A DNA stretch of 64,000 nt from Malacoraja senta (taxonomy: Eukaryota): assembly GCA_038087875.1 (NCBI GenBank), contig CM075998.1, forward strand, positions 2,108,001 through 2,172,000, given 5' to 3'. The translations under genes and the position numbers were made by a program. Of the stretch, positions 1-11,071 are shown piece by piece (position 1 is the stretch's first letter; every line of letters begins with the position of its first letter). Under the pieces are notes generated by a model. It ran no database searches. It was not told the DNA's origin and saw only the letters and a program-made list of their open reading frames with translations.

Positions 1-737
1 AAATGATTTTAGGATTGACAAATGTGCTGTAACCCTGAAGATTGTGAATGCTGCAATCCACTGTAATTCAAGCTTTCTTCCACCAGATGGTGTGATCAAC
101 CAACTGGGTGTTGTCTGTTCTCAGAGTCAACTGTCCTTCATGTTATTGTACTTAAGTTGGGACAATAAAATCTAAATAAACGAGATGTATTCTTTTCGTA
201 TTGCGCAATGCTGTTTCAAAGTTATGCGGCTATAGAAAACGCATCAGTCTATTTGCATGCAAATGCTTTTCATGAGGTATGTGTTGCACCTATCCTGCTG
301 AAAGTTGTACATCTGACATAATGTACATCTTTCTCCTTTCCCACTCCTTTCAACCTACTTCTGTAATTTGCTGCTCGTGGCATACGCCCCTTTGCAGTTT
401 ATGGACTTACTGCGGATTGGGTCAAACAGATCTGTTTCTGCCAATTGGACCCTGTTCTTGCACCCCCCTCTTTCTCCCACCCCTTCTCCCCATTCCCACG
501 CTGACCCACCAATTGTGCCTCCACACTGTTCCAACCGAAACAGTGGTAACTTCAGACCTTGGTTGTGGCTTTTATTTTCCCATCACTTTCTGCTCCCGCC
601 ACTTTGTTTTAAAACTGTTCCCACATCTCTCATCTTCAGCTGGGATCGAAGTTGGGAGGAGTCTCATTGGAACAGCATCCCATGTGGTGATAGGTATAAC
701 TCTGCACCTCACTCGGCCTGCGAATGAGCGCACTTGT

Positions 738-762
738 ACACACACACACACACACACACACA
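738..762. repeat. (CA)12 microsatellite
   Basis: Direct reading of the sequence; it produces the THTHTH / CVCVCV runs in the ORF track. Confidence 0.95.
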
Positions 763-877
763 GTGAAGCAATGGGCCTAACGTGCTTGGATCCTTGTATT
801 GGTTTAAATTGTTGGATGCAAGTTCCTTTCTTGAAATGGGTAACATCCATACAGGAATATAAAAGTCACGTGCCACC

Positions 878-1440
878 TGTTACAAGGGAACCAGTTCAAG
901 GATCTGACTAGTAGAACAGAAAAAGGCTCACTCGTCTGTTACAAATCAGATTTATTGGCAAGAGAGAGAAAACAATACTTGTCTCGGTATGGGCTTTACA
1001 GCTGCCTATCTCTCTGCCTCTGTCCGCGGCGCTGATCGCGGCTCAGCCCGTCGGTGAACCCCTCTCGTACACGAACTAACTTATGTCTTACAGGCAGAAA
1101 TCAGCTGTTGAAGTAAGTCCTGGCCAATAACGCTGCTCCCAAATTCAAACTGTACCGAATGGCTGGGGACTGCGTCTGAGCAAGGCCCCCCCCCCATCGG
1201 AAACAAAGCGCTACCGGCCGCAGACTGGCGCATAAAGCAATACACACAGCGCTACAGACTTGGCGCGTAAAGGTAGTACACACAGTGCTGCTGGTTTGGT
1301 GAGCAAAGATTTAAACTGCTGTCGAATTAGCGTGTGGGTATTTAAACAAAGCGCTGTTGGCTACAGCGCTATGGGCTTTAAACATAGTGCTATGGCCACA
1401 GCGCTATGGGTCACAGACTTTGGGCAAAATTCTCATAACC
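878..1440 (-). mobile_element. Solo LTR (~563 bp) of an LTR retroelement/ERV
   Basis: Starts TGTTA and ends TAACC (one change from TAACA). Flanked by a 5-bp direct repeat CCACC (873-877, 1441-1445). AATAAA on the minus strand at 951-956. Internal short repeats (CAGCGCTA.. units) at 1200-1410; CpG-rich. Confidence 0.7.
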
Positions 1441-2289
1441 CCACCCCATTTTCTAAAGCAGCCTTACTTGTTGCAAGATGGAACTACAACAGAGGAGCCA
1501 ACATTCCACGGTGCAAGTGTATATTTCTCCTGGAGAGAGCAGACAGCAGGGTTTGGGATTACAATTGTCGATAAAGTAACAGCAAAGGTACCGATACAAT
1601 CGAGTGTGCCTTACTGTCTAAACTGGACTATTAACCAGTGGCAAATTATTAAATTTTATTTAATCATCTACATTATTCTTGGAGTCTTCAGGAATGCACA
1701 TAGTTTTCCTGGGCCCTGTTTGCTGGCAAGCCAGAAGAACAAAAACTTGCATTCCTGAAACTTGCTCTCCCCGACCAGCAGCATATTGACTTTGTGAGTT
1801 GTATAGACATCGCTCGTCTTCTAATTTTTTCCCCTGGCAAAAATAGAGTAAGGCAAAACTGGACAAGCATAATTAACAAATCCACTTGTGATGTCATTGG
1901 ATTTTCAGGGTTTTCCCATTACTTAGTATTTAAGTCCCATTTTAGTTTCTGCTGTGAGAACAGACTGGGTTTCGGTTCAATTTTGGAGATAAGCAACAAA
2001 AATTTTGGAGGCTTCCCTTTTAATTATGGGTGATTGAGAGCTGTCTGTTTTAAAAGATAATCCATTCCCTTTGCACTTCCTACCAAATTAGTAACATTGT
2101 GACTTTTCATTAACACTTCAGTGGCCCTGTTATTGGCTGTGGAGTACTTCTAATAGTTGCCCTTATTTTTAAAAACACGTTTTGCATGCACCAGTGAGCT
2201 GAAAACACAAGTTGAAAACGCAGAACAGCAGCTGAGAACTTTGAATTCAAGATTATTGAACTGAATTTAATAATTGGCATCTAGTAACA

Positions 2290-2495
2290 GTGAAAATGAA
2301 ATTGCTGGTGCCATAAAAAAACAACCTTGTTTACTACAGTGCTTTAAATTTAAGGAAATAAATTTACTGTTTCTAAGTTCCTGTCCTATTTGTGAATTCC
2401 ATACCCCAGCAATCCTTAATTGCTCTCTGCAATAAGTCGCAAATCACTCCGCTCAAGGGAAGTTATAGTGACACCCACATTCCATGAATGAGTAA
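2290..2495 (+). mobile_element. Degenerate Meta-domain (SlmI-like) SINE
   Basis: Resembles the copy at 6860-7035 and ends in ...ctcaaggga...gacacccacattccatgaatga. Family recognised from memory. Confidence 0.45.
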
Positions 2496-3194
2496 CGCAC
2501 AATGTTTGTTTCATATCAATTTAATGGGGCACGGACTATTCTCAGCTATTTAAAGTATAAAAGAACCTTCTCGAAGTCTGGGAACCTGACCAAAACTTTT
2601 TCTTTGTCTGCTTTCTGTTGTGGCATTCTAATGATTTTTATGAGGAACATGCTTACAATATGTCCACAAACAATGAACAGTGGACAATGAATCCCTGTCC
2701 CAAAGCTAAGGTCATGTGATCAGTATTCACCTGTTGTCTCCAGGTGGTTGTGTTTGAAAGGCTCAGATTAATCAAAAATGATGATCAGATAAACAAGGTG
2801 AGCTCATTGAATGTTTGAATGCCTTATCTTTTTGTTCAGTCTTTTATTAATAAACTGCATTTTTTTTAAATGTATCCATGCCTTTGTTAGCTCTTAGAAT
2901 TAACTATCCCAAGCCACTCCTAGCTCAATTAAGCATCAAGACCTTATCCAGACGAACATTGCTCTCATCCCTCCCTATCTGTTATCTCGTCTGGCCCAGA
3001 TGCCTCTCATGTGTCACCTATTTTTATTTTGCCACCATTGGAGGCCATGCTTGATGTCATAAGATAGGGATTCCTCCCACAATTTCATCTTTCTTTGTGT
3101 AAAATGGTCTTCTATGAACTTTGCATGACTGAAGTTGCACTGCGTACTGCGTACAATCGCGGTCTGGTTTACCAAGAATAACTGGTAAATTATC

Positions 3195-3600
3195 GCCTAC
3201 GTTTCTACTTCCTCAGACGTTTGAGGAGATTTGGCATGTTGCCATATATGCAATTGAACTTCTGCAGCTGGAGAGTGCACTGACTGGTTGCATCACTGCT
3301 CGGTTTGGTAATTTGAATTTGAATGCCCAAGAACAAAGGAGGTTGCAGGAAGTGGTGAACATTTCTACCAGTGCATCAGTGGTATTAACCTCCCCACCAG
3401 TGAAGGGATCTACAGGGATTGCTGCCTCAGGAAAGCAGCTAAAATGATCAAAAACCCACACCACCCTGGCCGCGCTCTAACCTCACTGCTACTATTGGGA
3501 AGAAGGAACAGGAGCTTGAGAACTGACCTCTGGTTTCAAGAACAGCTGCTTTCCAACAACCATCAGGTTCTTGAACCACCCGATACAGCACCAGACTACT
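3195..3600 (+). mobile_element. Rex1/Babar LINE 3' fragment (degenerate)
   Basis: Frameshifted translation gives RFYFLRRLRRFGM..ESALTGCITARFGN..RRLQEVVN..CLRKAAKMIKNPHHPGRAL..GRRNRSL..FKNSCFPTTIRFLN, the typical Rex1 RT C-terminus. Confidence 0.8.
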
Positions 3601-4169
3601 TTATACATTGCACAAACTACTTTAGCCTGCACAATCTGCAATTGCAAAGATTAATTCTGAAATCCACATTTACCTTGAATGAGGGGGAAAAGAGCTATTC
3701 TTTGTTTGTGCAATTCTTTAAGAACAAAAATTCTGGAAACACTTAGGCAGCACTGGTAAACAAAACAAGTACATTTACATTTTGGGTGTGGAGTCTTAAC
3801 CAGAAGCTGCGTTGATAAACAGGTTGACGCATAAATACAGATTACTCTTTACAGTCACCCCTGGACCTATTGAGTGCTTCCAGTGTTTTTTGGTCTTTTC
3901 CAGGTTTGCCGTATCTGCAAATTCTGCCCACTCCTTTTTAATTATGCAACTCCACCCAGAACAAACTGCATTGAACATTTGTGATAATCGTAAATGTTTA
4001 CCCTAATCTTTTCCGTATCAACAATGTTATGAACAAGATTTTTATAATTTGACTGCGGTTATTTCCTATGCAAACTCATCCACGACTGAAGCCCTCAATC
4101 ACATCTTTTGTTACCACGAGATCCAACTACTTCTGGCCAGCTACGAGCAGGTAAAATGTTCACTTTCCA

Positions 4170-4510
4170 ATACCTTAAGGTAATCCAAAATACTGCTGCT
4201 TAACCTACACCGTCCCATTCGCCCTTGGCTCCTTGTTCAGTGAAGAAGTAGCCAACCTCTCTTCTTCCCCTTCTCTGATATCTCCCCCAGTGTAACCCTT
4301 AGAGTGATCTGCACTCCTGCAGTTTTGGCTGTTGCTTAGTCCTGATATTAATTGTTCCAATGTTGGTGTCTGTACTTTCATTTTGGAAAGATCCCAACTT
4401 CTATAATCTATTCCTTAAATTTCTGTCCCTCTTTCAAGTTTGTGGGCAGAACGTATTTTGATAATGCTCCTACGATGCATCTTAGGATGTTTTTTCAAAG
4501 ATGCAAGTTG
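4170..4510 (+). mobile_element. Old L2-type LINE 3' fragment
   Basis: atccaaaatactgctgc (IQNxAA) motif followed by a pyrimidine-rich 3' region; highly decayed. Confidence 0.4.
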
Positions 4511-6040
4511 TGGTAGTGAGGTTGCTGTTATGTTTTGATCCCTGAGTTACAATTGAAGTATCCAAAATGTTCCAGTCAAATTTAGAATTTGCTGATAATT
4601 TTACTTCATTCTCATTTGCTTTGCTTTTATTTTTATCTTTCGGTCTTCTTCATTTGCTAATGTGACTTCTGTAGGTCAAATTGAGTCTGTGACAAATAAT
4701 AACGGATCAACTTGAAACCGTAAACTAGCCGAGAATGGCTTATGAAAATGCTGTACGTTGAGCTCTTGTGATAGACAGCATGATCAACCTCTGGTTTATA
4801 AGGGAAGGGTCAACAATGAAGGAAAGAACTGGCAGTGGCTAAGTGTGAGGTGCTGGATGTGAATGGGATAATTTAAGAGCAGAATCATGGAGGGGGAAAG
4901 TAATACAAATTTCAAGGAAATAATTATATACTAAAAGACAATAACATTCTTGTGAAGTTATTGCAGGTAGAAAAAGAATATCCATGAAAGACACTAATTG
5001 AAACTACGGCTTTTGTTGGAATACAATTTAATCTTTCAGTTAAGTCATTAAAATATTGTTTTTGTTCATTCCATGCTGAAAGGTAAGTAAATTAAATGAG
5101 GCAATTCTACAGGATTTCTCCTTGCTGTTGCAGCTTATCTGTGAAAGAATTTTGTTAAGCATTGATCAGCTTTCAATTGCAATCGAATGGTTGCTTTCTT
5201 TCTTCCCATTCTAATGCTGTTCTTCAGACGCTGAGTCATGATGGAGAAGAGCTCGATGATTTCCAGGGAGAGCTCTGGCACTTTGCAGACAGCCATTCAT
5301 CAGAAGAGCATTTTGACACTCAGCATTGGCTGGCTGCCCAGCTGCGGCAATGCCATCGTCAAAGCCCGATTCCTCTTCACTGAGCATCCATGCCAATTTT
5401 GGAAAATAATCTTTAGATAGTGATCAAGTGCAGCAGCCACATTGATTTTCCTGAACATGTCAAAACAAATGCTTTGTGGGAAAGCTCACTAAGTTCAGGA
5501 TTCTGAAGTAAATGGGAGTTCTAAATTACTGACAACTCTTTCCCAGTTAACGATTAAACACAACAAGTTAATAATGTATGGTTTAAGAGTATTAGTTTGC
5601 TATGTTTTTTTTAGCATTTAACATTTTTAAATGTCAGTGACATTCACAGCTTGCGAAAGTTTTGACAGCTCCTGGTTCTTTCTTGGGCATTTTGTTGGCA
5701 GGACTGCGTTGTCCCACTCAACCTCCAAACCATACAGGATGAACACCTGCAGAGTCTTGCCATCACTCAGCCTGTATCATTAGGGATGAGCCCAACATTT
5801 TGAATCAAAGTGACACAAGGGTCACAGCAAAGGATAAATCTATGGAGTAGAAGTGATTGCGGGTGGTTCACTGTTGGCAGGAAATTCTAGACCTATGCTT
5901 TTCAGCTTAGTATTCTGAACATTACATTTCACATACGGAGAGCTCTTCCATGCCTTGCACAAGACTTCACTATTCTGGAACACAGCTGGTTGGCCTCCCT
6001 CTGTATGCTTGCCATCTAACAGGGGTCAGATGACATAGTA

Positions 6041-6135
6041 GGTACACAAAAATGCTGGAGAAACTCAGCGGGTGCAGCAGCATCTATGGAGCGAAGGAAA
6101 TAGGCAATGTTTCGGGCCGAAACCCTTCTTCAGAC
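6041..6135 (-). mobile_element. Short Penelope-derived hammerhead-bearing element with 10-bp TSD
   Basis: TGACATAGTA is duplicated at 6031-6040 and 6136-6145. The minus strand reads CTGAAGA-A-GGGT-TTCG-GCCC-GAAA-CATT. Confidence 0.75.
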
Positions 6136-6639
6136 TGACATAGTACTTGCATTCCAGAGACAAGACAAAGGATCTGGAAGCCAGATCATGTTCCATTGTG
6201 GTAGTTTGGAACTTAAAATCAGTTGGACAAATCTGCAGGGGAAAAATATCTTCAATCTGATATTGTCATTATGAAACTACTGCATTGTTGAAAGAAAACC
6301 TGCCTGGTTCATTTGTGTCCTTCTGCCACCCTTTTCACACCTTGTCTCGGAGCTCTGACCTGATCCTCATTATAGTCACAAGACCCCACATATGTGAATA
6401 CCCTCGGGTTTGGAAGTGGGGTGGGGGCAGCATAGGTTCTACCAACAAAATATCCCAGAAAGAAACTGATAACTAACCAATTTACCACCCCCTTATGTAG
6501 CTGGCTGCTAGTCTAATCAGAAACTTAGAATGTTTGTGAATGTTTCCCAGGATCAAAAACATGTAAAAGCTAAATAAATTCAAATTATTTCCATTTTCAA
6601 GAAAAAAACCTGTAACTTATAAACATATAACAAAACTCA

Positions 6640-6832
6640 TTTGGAGTCGTGCTGCATGGAAACAAGCCCTTTGGCCCAACTTGTCCATACCATCCAGAAT
6701 GCCCCATCTAAGCTCGTCCCATTTGGCCCATATACCTCTAAACCTTTCCGATGCGTGTACCTGTCCTAGTATCTTTTAAATGCTATTATATAATCTGTCT
6801 CAACTACCTCCTCTGGCAACCCATTCCATTAA
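6640..6832 (-). mobile_element. CR1 (HER1-like) LINE 3' tail
   Basis: ggaaacaagccctttggcccaacttgtcc... tail shared with the copy at 17253-17460 and with the HE1-type SINE 3' end. Confidence 0.7.
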
Positions 6833-6859
6833 GTGAAAACTTAACAAAAAAATAGAAGT

Positions 6860-7035
6860 TACATAAAACCCAGCTGGTTCACTCGGGTCCATCAGGGGAG
6901 GTATTCTTAAAAATATGTGGCTCTCGACTCACAGTAACTGACTCTTAACTGCCCTTTGAAATGGCCTTGTGAGAAATTCAGTTCAAGGGTAATTGAGTAA
7001 TTGCTGGCCCTGCTGATGATGTCCACATCCAGTGG
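6860..7035 (+). mobile_element. Meta-domain (SlmI-like) SINE fragment
   Basis: aaaacccagctggttcact...gactcttaactgccctttgaaatggcc...cagttcaagggtaatt...gctggccctgc..ccacatcc matches the remembered Meta-SINE core and tail. Confidence 0.55.
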
Positions 7036-7824
7036 TGGGATTTTTAAAAATGGTGTCTTAAAGGATACACCCCCTAAAAAGAATCAATGTACTTTAAATA
7101 CCTATTTGAAAGAGAGATTTTCTGAGGTAGGCTTATTATTTGTTGATTTTATTTACAGTTTGGACTCTGATATTTATTTTCATGTTCATAAGGTAGTTGT
7201 CATAAGCAAACTGATCTTTATAACTGAGCAAACCTTACAAACTGAAACTTGTCCATGTTAAAGCTAAGAGTAGGCTAGCATGGCCAGGCTTAATAATTAA
7301 CCTCTTATTAATGCCAACCCTCTTTATTGGGAATCTGTATAATTGCTGACAGCAAAACATAATCTGAGACCAATGCATTTAGATTTTATCTAATTCATCA
7401 AATATAAGCACAGTTAAAGAACAAGGGGATGCAAAACCAAATAACAGCTTAATATAGCAAACATTACCATAATCACACTTGGATAATCTATGAACTTAAT
7501 GAATAAAACATTTTTTTCAATGGTATCCAAGTAAATGCCTGACATTTAGATGAAGACTGAAGACCTACAGGCGCTCTATTAGTTCCCTCATATGGTGAAA
7601 CATGAAAATGAAGATCCCCAAAAAATGTCTCTGGATTTTAAAAGCATTTTTTCCTTTGAACAGTGTCTTTCAAAAACACACATGACAGTGAACTATGTTA
7701 TTGATCCAGAAAATGAATCTGATTTCAGGGAGGCTTAATGCTTTCCCAGTTTTCAAAACCCAATAAAAGCCACGATTGTCTTTGAAGAACAAGAGATAAA
7801 CACATTGAATAGTATTGAAAACTG

Positions 7825-8160
7825 CATGACCTCAGGACATCGCAAAGCACAAATGAAGTAGGAAATACGCCAGTCAATTTGAAAACAGCAAAGCAACGTG
7901 GTAATAACCAGGTAAATTGTTCTTAAGGTGTTAAGTGGTAAGTATTGGCTGGAACACGGCAGAATAACTCATCAGCGTTTCCCTAAAACAGTTCTATGGA
8001 AGATTTGATGTCCACTTTGAAGGTCAGACAAAGCTTCAGTACAATGTTTCCGTTGAAAGAACCCACTACCTTCAGATTCCATGGCAAGTATGCTACACAT
8101 TGCAGTACCGCTGCCCTGCAGAATAATTTTGCTAAGGAATCCCACAACCACAAACTAGGG
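7825..8160 (-). mobile_element. Deu-domain SINE (SacSINE1/AmnSINE1-like), degenerate
   Basis: Collinear similarity to the remembered Deu core. Related decayed copies lie at ~10050-10220(+), 11360-11660(+), 12100-12385(-), 15550-15740(-) and 54640-55060(-). Confidence 0.55.
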
Positions 8161-8892
8161 ACCATATTTTGCGTAGTGTGCTTTGAGCCAATAAAGGAAA
8201 TTCATGTTAGGAAATAGTTGCAATGCTCTGTTTGGACTCTCTGTGATAAAGTATGGTTTTCATTTTAAGACACAAACATGTACATTAAAGATTAGTTTCT
8301 CGTTTGTTATCATTTGGCACTGATGAAGTTTGTTTCCTTTGAATGATAAATATGCAAGTTCAATATCTCTGTTACCATATTGCAGCTGTCGGAAGAGATA
8401 GCATGTATTTCGATTAGAGACTCCTTCATAAACATAACATCATGATTTACTTTATCTATTAACAGTTAATGCCTTCACTTCTGCTTTATTTTCCCCACAT
8501 TCTTTTGGTAATGCTATTTTTTTTCTGATTGCTGGAACCGACCTTTATCAGTGAGGTCCAGGTCATGACTGTTGCGCAGAGTTAAGGAGAACTCTGCTGC
8601 CCCTGAAACTATCATGGGGACCCTGCAGCAAAATTGGGATCGCAACCTGCAGATTTTCTCTTAAATACGCTTTTCTTGTCTGTTGTAGTTGAGTGTTACA
8701 TCTCAAAAAATGTACAAAATACAAACGGATTCCCCAGGAATATAGAATATTCTTGCTTGGATACGCTCACTCTCTGAAACAACCTCTGTTTTGAAACCGA
8801 TGTTAAAGTTTACCTCTTTAAGGAAATGCTTTGCCTGTTATTCTTAATGTATGAGAGATTTGCTTCTATTATCAGTAATTAACTTGGGTGAT

Positions 8893-9505
8893 GCAAGATA
8901 CATTTATTTGTCACATGTGCCAGTTGGCACAGTGAAATGTGATCACCATACAGCCATACAATAAAAATAAAGAACACAACACACGATAGAGTTCAACATA
9001 AAACATCCCCACACAGCAGAATCAAAGTTTCCCACTGTGGGGGAAGGCACCAAAGTCAGTCCTCTTCCTCTAATGTTCCCCAATGTTCACCCGTGGTCGG
9101 GGCCTCCCCGAGCCCTCCGCAGTCGCAGCTACGGGCGGCCCGATGTTCAGGCACACTCGCCGGGGTGATGCAAGTCCGACGTCGGGGCTGGGGGACCTCC
9201 TCAGCGGCCTGGACATCAGAGTCGGCCACCTCTTACCGGAGTCCGCGACTCCCAAAGTCCGCAGGCCGCGCTGGGCGGAGATGCAACGCTGGCGGCCCTC
9301 GGCAAAGGGCCCCAGGACTCCGCGATGACGGTCAGCGCCGCCCGCGTTGGAAGCTCTCTCAAACTGCAGCTCCACGATGTTGGAGCAGCGGCCCAACGCT
9401 CTGGAGCTCCAAACGGCGATCCAGGTAGGCATCGCCCGCTCCGCGGTGAATCCTGCGCTGCGCCGCCGCTGTTGTAGTTCTGGTCCGGTGAGGTACTAAA
9501 CTAAG
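8893..9505 (-). mobile_element. Young GC/CpG-rich non-autonomous retroposon with Rex1-like 3' stem-loop tail
   Basis: The minus strand ends TCACTGTGCCA-AC-TGGCACATGTGA-caAATAAA. It shares CGCGGCCTGCGGACTTT and AACATCGTG(G/C)AGCTG with the element at 63441-64000. Confidence 0.65.
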
Positions 9506-9604
9506 GTGCAATCTGTTTACATAGGTGGATATTGCCACCCCCCCCCCCCCCCCGATGCCCAAGCCAATATTTATTCTACATCCATCATCCATAAAACATT
9601 TATT

Positions 9605-9860
9605 GATTTAATTCTCCAATCCATTCCCACTCTGAACTCTGTATCTTTGGTATCTTGCATCTTTCCAGTAAATCCCAATGTTATCTCAATCTTCTGTTAC
9701 AGCTTTTGGGATTTCATACCGTCTTCAACAATTTCAGATAACCAACCTTTCCAGTTTGTGTCACAACAGGCCAGTTCTGATGCAAGGTCAACAAATTTTT
9801 CTCAAATCATTGCCTAACCTGCTGTGTTTACAGCAAATGTTTTCATTTCAGATTGCCAGC
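9605..9860 (+). mobile_element. Penelope-like element 3' remnant (GIY-YIG C-terminus plus pLTR remnant)
   Basis: FNSPIHSHSELCIFGILH...FNNFR* parallels the better-preserved copies at 23345-24040 and 36755-37010. Confidence 0.55.
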
Positions 9861-10506
9861 AAAGTTTCGTATCTCAAGGTAGTTACTGTGCTACAGTTTC
9901 TGTATCTCTCTCTCCTCCAACCTCATTCATCTCCTTTTTACAGCACTTCCCAACAAGTCTTCGTTACCCTCTCAACCAGCTCCACCACATTTGTGTAGTT
10001 TTGTTTCCCTTTGTCTCCATTTTTTTCAGTATTTTGTTTTTATATCACTATAACAGACCAGTCTGATTGTCATCACGTTACTTTGTGAAATTTTGCTCTA
10101 TGCAAATTGCCAACAATGTCATATATCTTTTAACAGGAACTACATTCAAAATATTTCATTGGCTGCAAATATTTTCAGATATCCTGGTCTTGAAAAACAC
10201 AGTATTAATAACATGTTTTTCATCAAATAAATAGGTTAAGATGAAACATTAAATCGGCAGTCATGTCTCAACCCAACACTTCCATGCTCTGATCGTCGCA
10301 TAAAATCTCTCAGAAAAACTATAACCTATTGTAATCCCAAACCAATATCATTATCAAATGGTAAGGACAATCTATTGCAAGTGGTGAGTTACAGTAAACT
10401 AGGGTGGAAAAATGACACATCAACTCCACTACCATTTGCAGATTAAAGAGAAAATTTGGAGTGCAGATCTTTTATCAGGATAGTTTTAAGTTGTTTGATT
10501 CTTTAC

Positions 10507-10597
10507 TTGGTCTCAAGGATTGCTGTAGTGCCCTTCTGCACACCTTCTCGATCTTCGGGTGTTTTCTTGCTAAACAACACTGAACATTGTATTCAAA
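10507..10597 (-). CDS. Candidate internal exon of the unidentified minus-strand gene (FEYNVQCCLARKHPKIEKVCRRALQQSLRP)
   Basis: Pyrimidine tract plus cgcAG acceptor and CAA|GTAAAG donor. Phase 0 start is compatible with exon 11823-11888. No homology recognised. Confidence 0.25.
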
Positions 10598-10935
10598 CTG
10601 CGACCGGAACAGAGTTGCAAAGGAAAATAAAAAGTGAAGCTTGCTACCTATACGGATAGGGCTCATGCCTGTAACATGGTTTGTCACATCCATTAACATG
10701 GTTAGTGCATGCATCCATTTGGAAATTGGGCATGCTTCTCTGTCTGCCAGACTGGGGCTGAATCAAAGATCATCGAGCGGAGCTGAATAAGCAAGTTAGT
10801 GATGCCGAGAAGTGTGTTCAGCTCTGGCTGAACTACTTCTAATCTTGTGTGTGGACTCGATAAGAAGAAGCAGCAAGTTAGTATCCAGACATGATACTGC
10901 ACAACTGGGATTTATAGGTCGAGACATAAGAGAAT

Positions 10936-11071
10936 CTTCTTCTTTCGTGCGGCGTGCACAGCCTAAAGTTGTTGGACAACTTGTTCTATTTGATCTTCCG
11001 TTTGTGCACGTCAAGTTGATTGCATTAGTTGAAACAGAGCGGACCACGTGAAGGTTGCAATCTCCCACCCC
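10936..11071 (-). mobile_element. 136-bp ribozyme-capped short retroposon, copy 1
   Basis: 12-bp TSD ACATAAGAGAAT (10924-10935, 11072-11083), (GAA)n 3' tail, and the same 5' end as the copy at 31479-31623. Confidence 0.9.
11018..11071 (-). ncRNA. Minimal HDV-like (CPEB3-type) self-cleaving ribozyme motif
   Basis: GGGGUGG-GA-GAUUGCA-ACC-UUCACGU-GGU-CCGCUCU-GU-UUCAA-CUAA-UGCAAUC gives P1 7 bp, P2 7 bp, P3 3 bp, L3 and P1.1, and J4/2 with the catalytic C. Confidence 0.8.

Noticed and set aside
279-911. 210-aa ORF
   Set aside because: Low-complexity, runs through a (CA)n microsatellite and into the LTR, and has no recognisable domain.
5228-5383. Plus-strand terminal-exon-like segment (TLSHDGEELDDFQGELWHF...)
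   Set aside because: Good acceptor but no recognisable homology or upstream partner exon. Similar chance candidates occur at 5702-5803 and ~7664-7738.
9070-9432. Overlapping Arg/Pro/Ala-rich ORFs on both strands; looks like a CpG island
   Set aside because: Explained by a GC-rich repeat sharing motifs with 63441-64000; not a gene or promoter.
10507-10597. CC-chemokine interpretation of signal-like peptide plus QCCLARK
   Set aside because: Exon phases (0/1) differ from the usual CC-chemokine pattern (1/2) and no exon supplying the remaining cysteine motif was found.
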